A stretch of 63,606 nt of DNA, counting the filler, from a bacterium (GTDB lineage Bacteria > JAMORN01): assembly GCA_027063545.1 (NCBI GenBank). It is 15 parts of 15 records of this genome, joined end to end, with 100 filler letters (N's around TTAATTAATTAA, not from the genome) between each part and the next. Parts side by side here need not be neighbours in the genome. Positions count along the whole stretch, not along the records: positions 60,464 to 63,606 come from JAMORN010000242.1; 14 more parts are not named here. One strand, given 5' to 3'. Under the pieces are notes generated by a model. It was not told the DNA's origin. It saw only the letters and a program-made list of their open reading frames with translations, and did no database searches. Positions 60,838 through 63,606 of this stretch are shown here, piece by piece (within the stretch, counting starts at the first letter, position 1; each line of letters starts with the position of its first letter). The translations under genes and the position numbers were made by a program.

Positions 60838-62640
60838 ATGAAAGGTTATTGGTATTTTTTAGTTATAACATTTTTTTTTGTAGGTTGTTTTAGCTTTAGA
60901 CATTTTTCTAAAGATGAATTTAAAGGTTATTTTAATACTGGATTTAATATAGAATACTATTTTAATAAAGCAGAAAGTGCTGTAAAAAAAGAATTTCCCT
61001 CTATTACAGAATTTGATGTTGTGGATACTACTAGATTGTCGCAATCAACAAAGCTTTATTATAGAAAGGTTATAAAAAAGCATTATAAATTAAAAAAGCG
61101 TTTTAGAAATACTTATGAATATAGGAAAAGTTTTTTATACGCTATAAGGGCAAGTTATAGGCTTAATCTATGGGATAATGTTATAAAATTGAATGATTCA
61201 TATAAGAAGGAATATAACCCTAGTATAGAAAAAGATAGAAATTATAGACTTATGTTATATTATAAAGGACTTTCATATCTAAATCAAGGCTATGAAAGGT
61301 TAGCTTTAGATATTTTTAAACAGATAAATTTGGATATAAAAGATAAGAACTATATTTATTTTTTCTATATAACATTAGCTAAGGTGTGGGAAGAAAAGCA
61401 GGCAAATAGCAAAGCTATTTATTACTATAAAAAGGCGTTAGAATTTACTCCTAATGAAGAATTTAAAGCTTTTATTTATTATAAACTTGGAGAATTATAC
61501 TATAAAATAAAGGATTATAAGAACTTTAAAACTTACTATACAAAACTTTTCTCAATAAAGAATTTATTAAAAATCTTATCAGAGGAACAGATAGTTTTTT
61601 ATTATAAAAGTTTTATCATCAAATTAATATCTATAGATGAAGTAAGATTGGCTGAAGGATATATAACTTATTTAAAAAATCATCCAATTCTATCAAAATA
61701 CAAGAAAGATATTCTATATTTGGAACAAAAATTATATTTAAAGGAAAAAAAATATAAAGAGTATAATACATTAGTGTACGATTTTCTTTCTATTTATAGT
61801 ATAAAGATTAATTCAAACAAAATATATATTGATTCAACAGTTGATACTATAAAAATAAAAGAGAATTTAAAAGATTCATTACTTTTAGATGTATTATTAA
61901 CTTTTTCAGATGTAAATTATAAAATTTTTTATAACTATCAACTTAGTTTAAGTATATATAAATTTATAAAAAGGAATTTCAAGATAGATGAGGATATAAA
62001 AAATGTAATAAATGAAAGAATAGTTTTAATAAACAAATATATGATGATGAAGAGAAAAAAGGATAATTTATTAAAAATAGGCGAATTTTTATTTACAGAT
62101 TTATCCAATTATGATTCAGCCTATTACTATTTTCTAACTTTTTATAAACAAAATAAAGATACACTAAATTTATTGGAAAAACAACGTATTTTATTTACTC
62201 TATATTATATAGAGAATAAGTATTACCATAATAAAAAAAAGGCAATGGAATATTTAAAAGAAATAAGCTCTTTGTCTAGAACTACATTTTATGGTAAAAA
62301 AGCGGATAGTTTATTAGGACGAGACATTGTATATACACCTCTTGATTCTTTAAATATACTATCAGATTCCTTACAGGAGTTTTTAATTTTATCTAATTAT
62401 AATCAAGCAAAATTGTTAGCATATGATATAATAAAAAAGTTTAAAAAAGAATATCCTGATAGTATGTATAAAATTTATTTTATATTAGGATATATATATG
62501 AAAAGCAGGGAATACCAGACTCTGCAGCATTTTTTTATTATAAAATAAAAAAGGATAGTTTTTTTGTATCGGATAAAATTAAAGGTTATGTAAATAGAAA
62601 GATTATAGTTATAGAAAAAAATAAAATATTAAACAAATGA
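60838..62640 (+). CDS. TPR-containing lipoprotein
   Basis: Lipobox FVGC; TPR helices (YYKLGELYYKIKDY; YFILGYIYEKQGIPDSAAFFY). Confidence 0.75.
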   Translation: MKGYWYFLVITFFFVGCFSFRHFSKDEFKGYFNTGFNIEYYFNKAESAVKKEFPSITEFDVVDTTRLSQSTKLYYRKVIKKHYKLKKRFRNTYEYRKSFLYAIRASYRLNLWDNVIKLNDSYKKEYNPSIEKDRNYRLMLYYKGLSYLNQGYERLALDIFKQINLDIKDKNYIYFFYITLAKVWEEKQANSKAIYYYKKALEFTPNEEFKAFIYYKLGELYYKIKDYKNFKTYYTKLFSIKNLLKILSEEQIVFYYKSFIIKLISIDEVRLAEGYITYLKNHPILSKYKKDILYLEQKLYLKEKKYKEYNTLVYDFLSIYSIKINSNKIYIDSTVDTIKIKENLKDSLLLDVLLTFSDVNYKIFYNYQLSLSIYKFIKRNFKIDEDIKNVINERIVLINKYMMMKRKKDNLLKIGEFLFTDLSNYDSAYYYFLTFYKQNKDTLNLLEKQRILFTLYYIENKYYHNKKKAMEYLKEISSLSRTTFYGKKADSLLGRDIVYTPLDSLNILSDSLQEFLILSNYNQAKLLAYDIIKKFKKEYPDSMYKIYFILGYIYEKQGIPDSAAFFYYKIKKDSFFVSDKIKGYVNRKIIVIEKNKILNK

Positions 62641-63470
62641 GAAGTGTTATGAAAAAGGACTATATACCATTTAGTATAGTATTCAACAGGGAAGTAGCAA
62701 AAGATTATTTTTGGTTAAGACTTGAAATAACAGAAAAAGAACATATAGATATTATAAATAGTATTAATGTAGGGAATTTTGCTACTATAAATATTGAAGG
62801 CTTTGAAATATTTTTTAAGAGGCCTTTTAGTATATTTGATTTTGATCCATATAATGGTACTATTGATTTTTTATATAAGGTAATAGGAAGAGCCACATTA
62901 GCTTTATCTAATTTACCTCAAGGCTATATTTTAAAAGTATTATTACCATTAGGAAATTCTTTTCCTATTATAGAAAATAAAGATGTTATAATAGTGGCAG
63001 GAGGTATTGGTATAGCAGCTTTAATAAAGTTAGCAGAGATTTTAAGATCAAAAAATAATAAAATAGAGTTTTTTTGGGGCATAAAATCAAAGGAAAATTT
63101 TTTCTTTTCAACAAGATTAGAAGAAATATCAGATAATTTATATATAACCACAGAAGATGGTTCATTAGGAGAACAGGGGTTAATTACAAATAGTTTGTAT
63201 AAATTTATTTATCAACATAGTAAAGATCTATCTAATTTTATAATATATGGATGTGGACCTACACCACTTTTAAGAGTATTGTCTGATCTATCAAGAATTC
63301 ATAGAATCCCTTCTTATCTGTCTTTTGAAAATAAAATGGCTTGTGGAATTGGGACATGTCAGGGTTGTGTTATAAAAGTAAAAGAAAAGGATAGGGATAC
63401 GATAAAATATAAACGAGTATGCTATGATGGACCTATTTTTAGAGGAGAGGATGTGGTATATGAACTATGA
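62637..63470 (+). CDS. pyrK: Dihydroorotate dehydrogenase B electron-transfer subunit
   Basis: [41 protein letters not shown] 2Fe-2S motif. Confidence 0.94.
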   Translation: MRSVMKKDYIPFSIVFNREVAKDYFWLRLEITEKEHIDIINSINVGNFATINIEGFEIFFKRPFSIFDFDPYNGTIDFLYKVIGRATLALSNLPQGYILKVLLPLGNSFPIIENKDVIIVAGGIGIAALIKLAEILRSKNNKIEFFWGIKSKENFFFSTRLEEISDNLYITTEDGSLGEQGLITNSLYKFIYQHSKDLSNFIIYGCGPTPLLRVLSDLSRIHRIPSYLSFENKMACGIGTCQGCVIKVKEKDRDTIKYKRVCYDGPIFRGEDVVYEL

Positions 63471-63606
63471 AGGTATTAAAAAGATTAATGAATTAGGAAG
63501 TTTAAGAACTAAAATAAGAGATGTAGAATTTAAAAATCCTGTATTGGTTGCTTCTGGTACATTTGGATATGGAGAGGAGGTTTCAGAGTTTTATGATATC
63601 TCTCTT
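63460..63606 (+). CDS. pyrD: Dihydroorotate dehydrogenase B catalytic subunit, N-terminus
   Basis: [21 protein letters not shown], overlapping the pyrK end; runs off the window. Confidence 0.9.
   Translation, partial: MNYEGIKKINELGSLRTKIRDVEFKNPVLVASGTFGYGEEVSEFYDISL

Noticed and set aside
5008-63151. Many short antisense or overlapping ORFs in the track (e.g. 5008, 8245, 9019, 9278, 10285, 13450, 16398, 17241, 17863, 17963, 21561, 22852, 23279, 24529, 26091, 27793, 28221, 37097, 37311, 40238, 48637, 57247, 58143, 60137, 60859, 62705, 62924)
   Set aside because: Shadows of well-supported genes on the opposite strand, with no motifs or RBS.
1-63606. CRISPR arrays, IS elements, prophage or defence genes
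   Set aside because: No regularly spaced repeats, transposase, integrase, cas or phage-like ORFs were recognised on either strand.

Overview
This window is not one locus. It is 15 short contig pieces (complete ones about 3.9-4.3 kb) from a very AT-rich bacterial draft genome or MAG. They are joined by 14 artificial 100-nt spacers (N44-TTAATTAATTAA-N44) and ordered almost exactly by decreasing length, so adjacency across spacers means nothing and many edge genes are truncated. Most content is housekeeping: fab, mur/ftsW, rbfA-nrnA-truB-ribF-rpsO-pnp, dapAB, pyrK/pyrD, psd/pssA, gltX, proS, uvrA, recJ and two tRNAs. A T9SS/FlgD-type C-terminal sorting domain and fabF-rnc coupling suggest an FCB-superphylum lineage (inference). 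No CRISPR array, transposase or phage gene was seen. The main points of interest are as follows. (1) A 629-aa DUF4914-like protein keeps the PEP-carboxykinase catalytic motifs in order and sits head-to-head with a GGDD-type (PPi-dependent) phosphofructokinase, a candidate uncharacterised PPi-linked glycolysis/anaplerosis module. (2) A partner-switching operon (TM-GAF-PP2C, RsbW-like, STAS-RsbW fusion, STAS) has no sigma factor on its contig and is followed by a DHp-only protein. (3) An orphan, short-roof GroES is coupled to a thioredoxin-glutaredoxin fusion. (4) An HtrA protease has a signal peptide reachable only from a non-canonical codon, probably ATT. (5) A prenol-kinase-like gene is paired with an archaeal-type geranylgeranyl reductase. 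(6) A decayed paralog of a probable outer-membrane protein carries a 17-bp tandem duplication.
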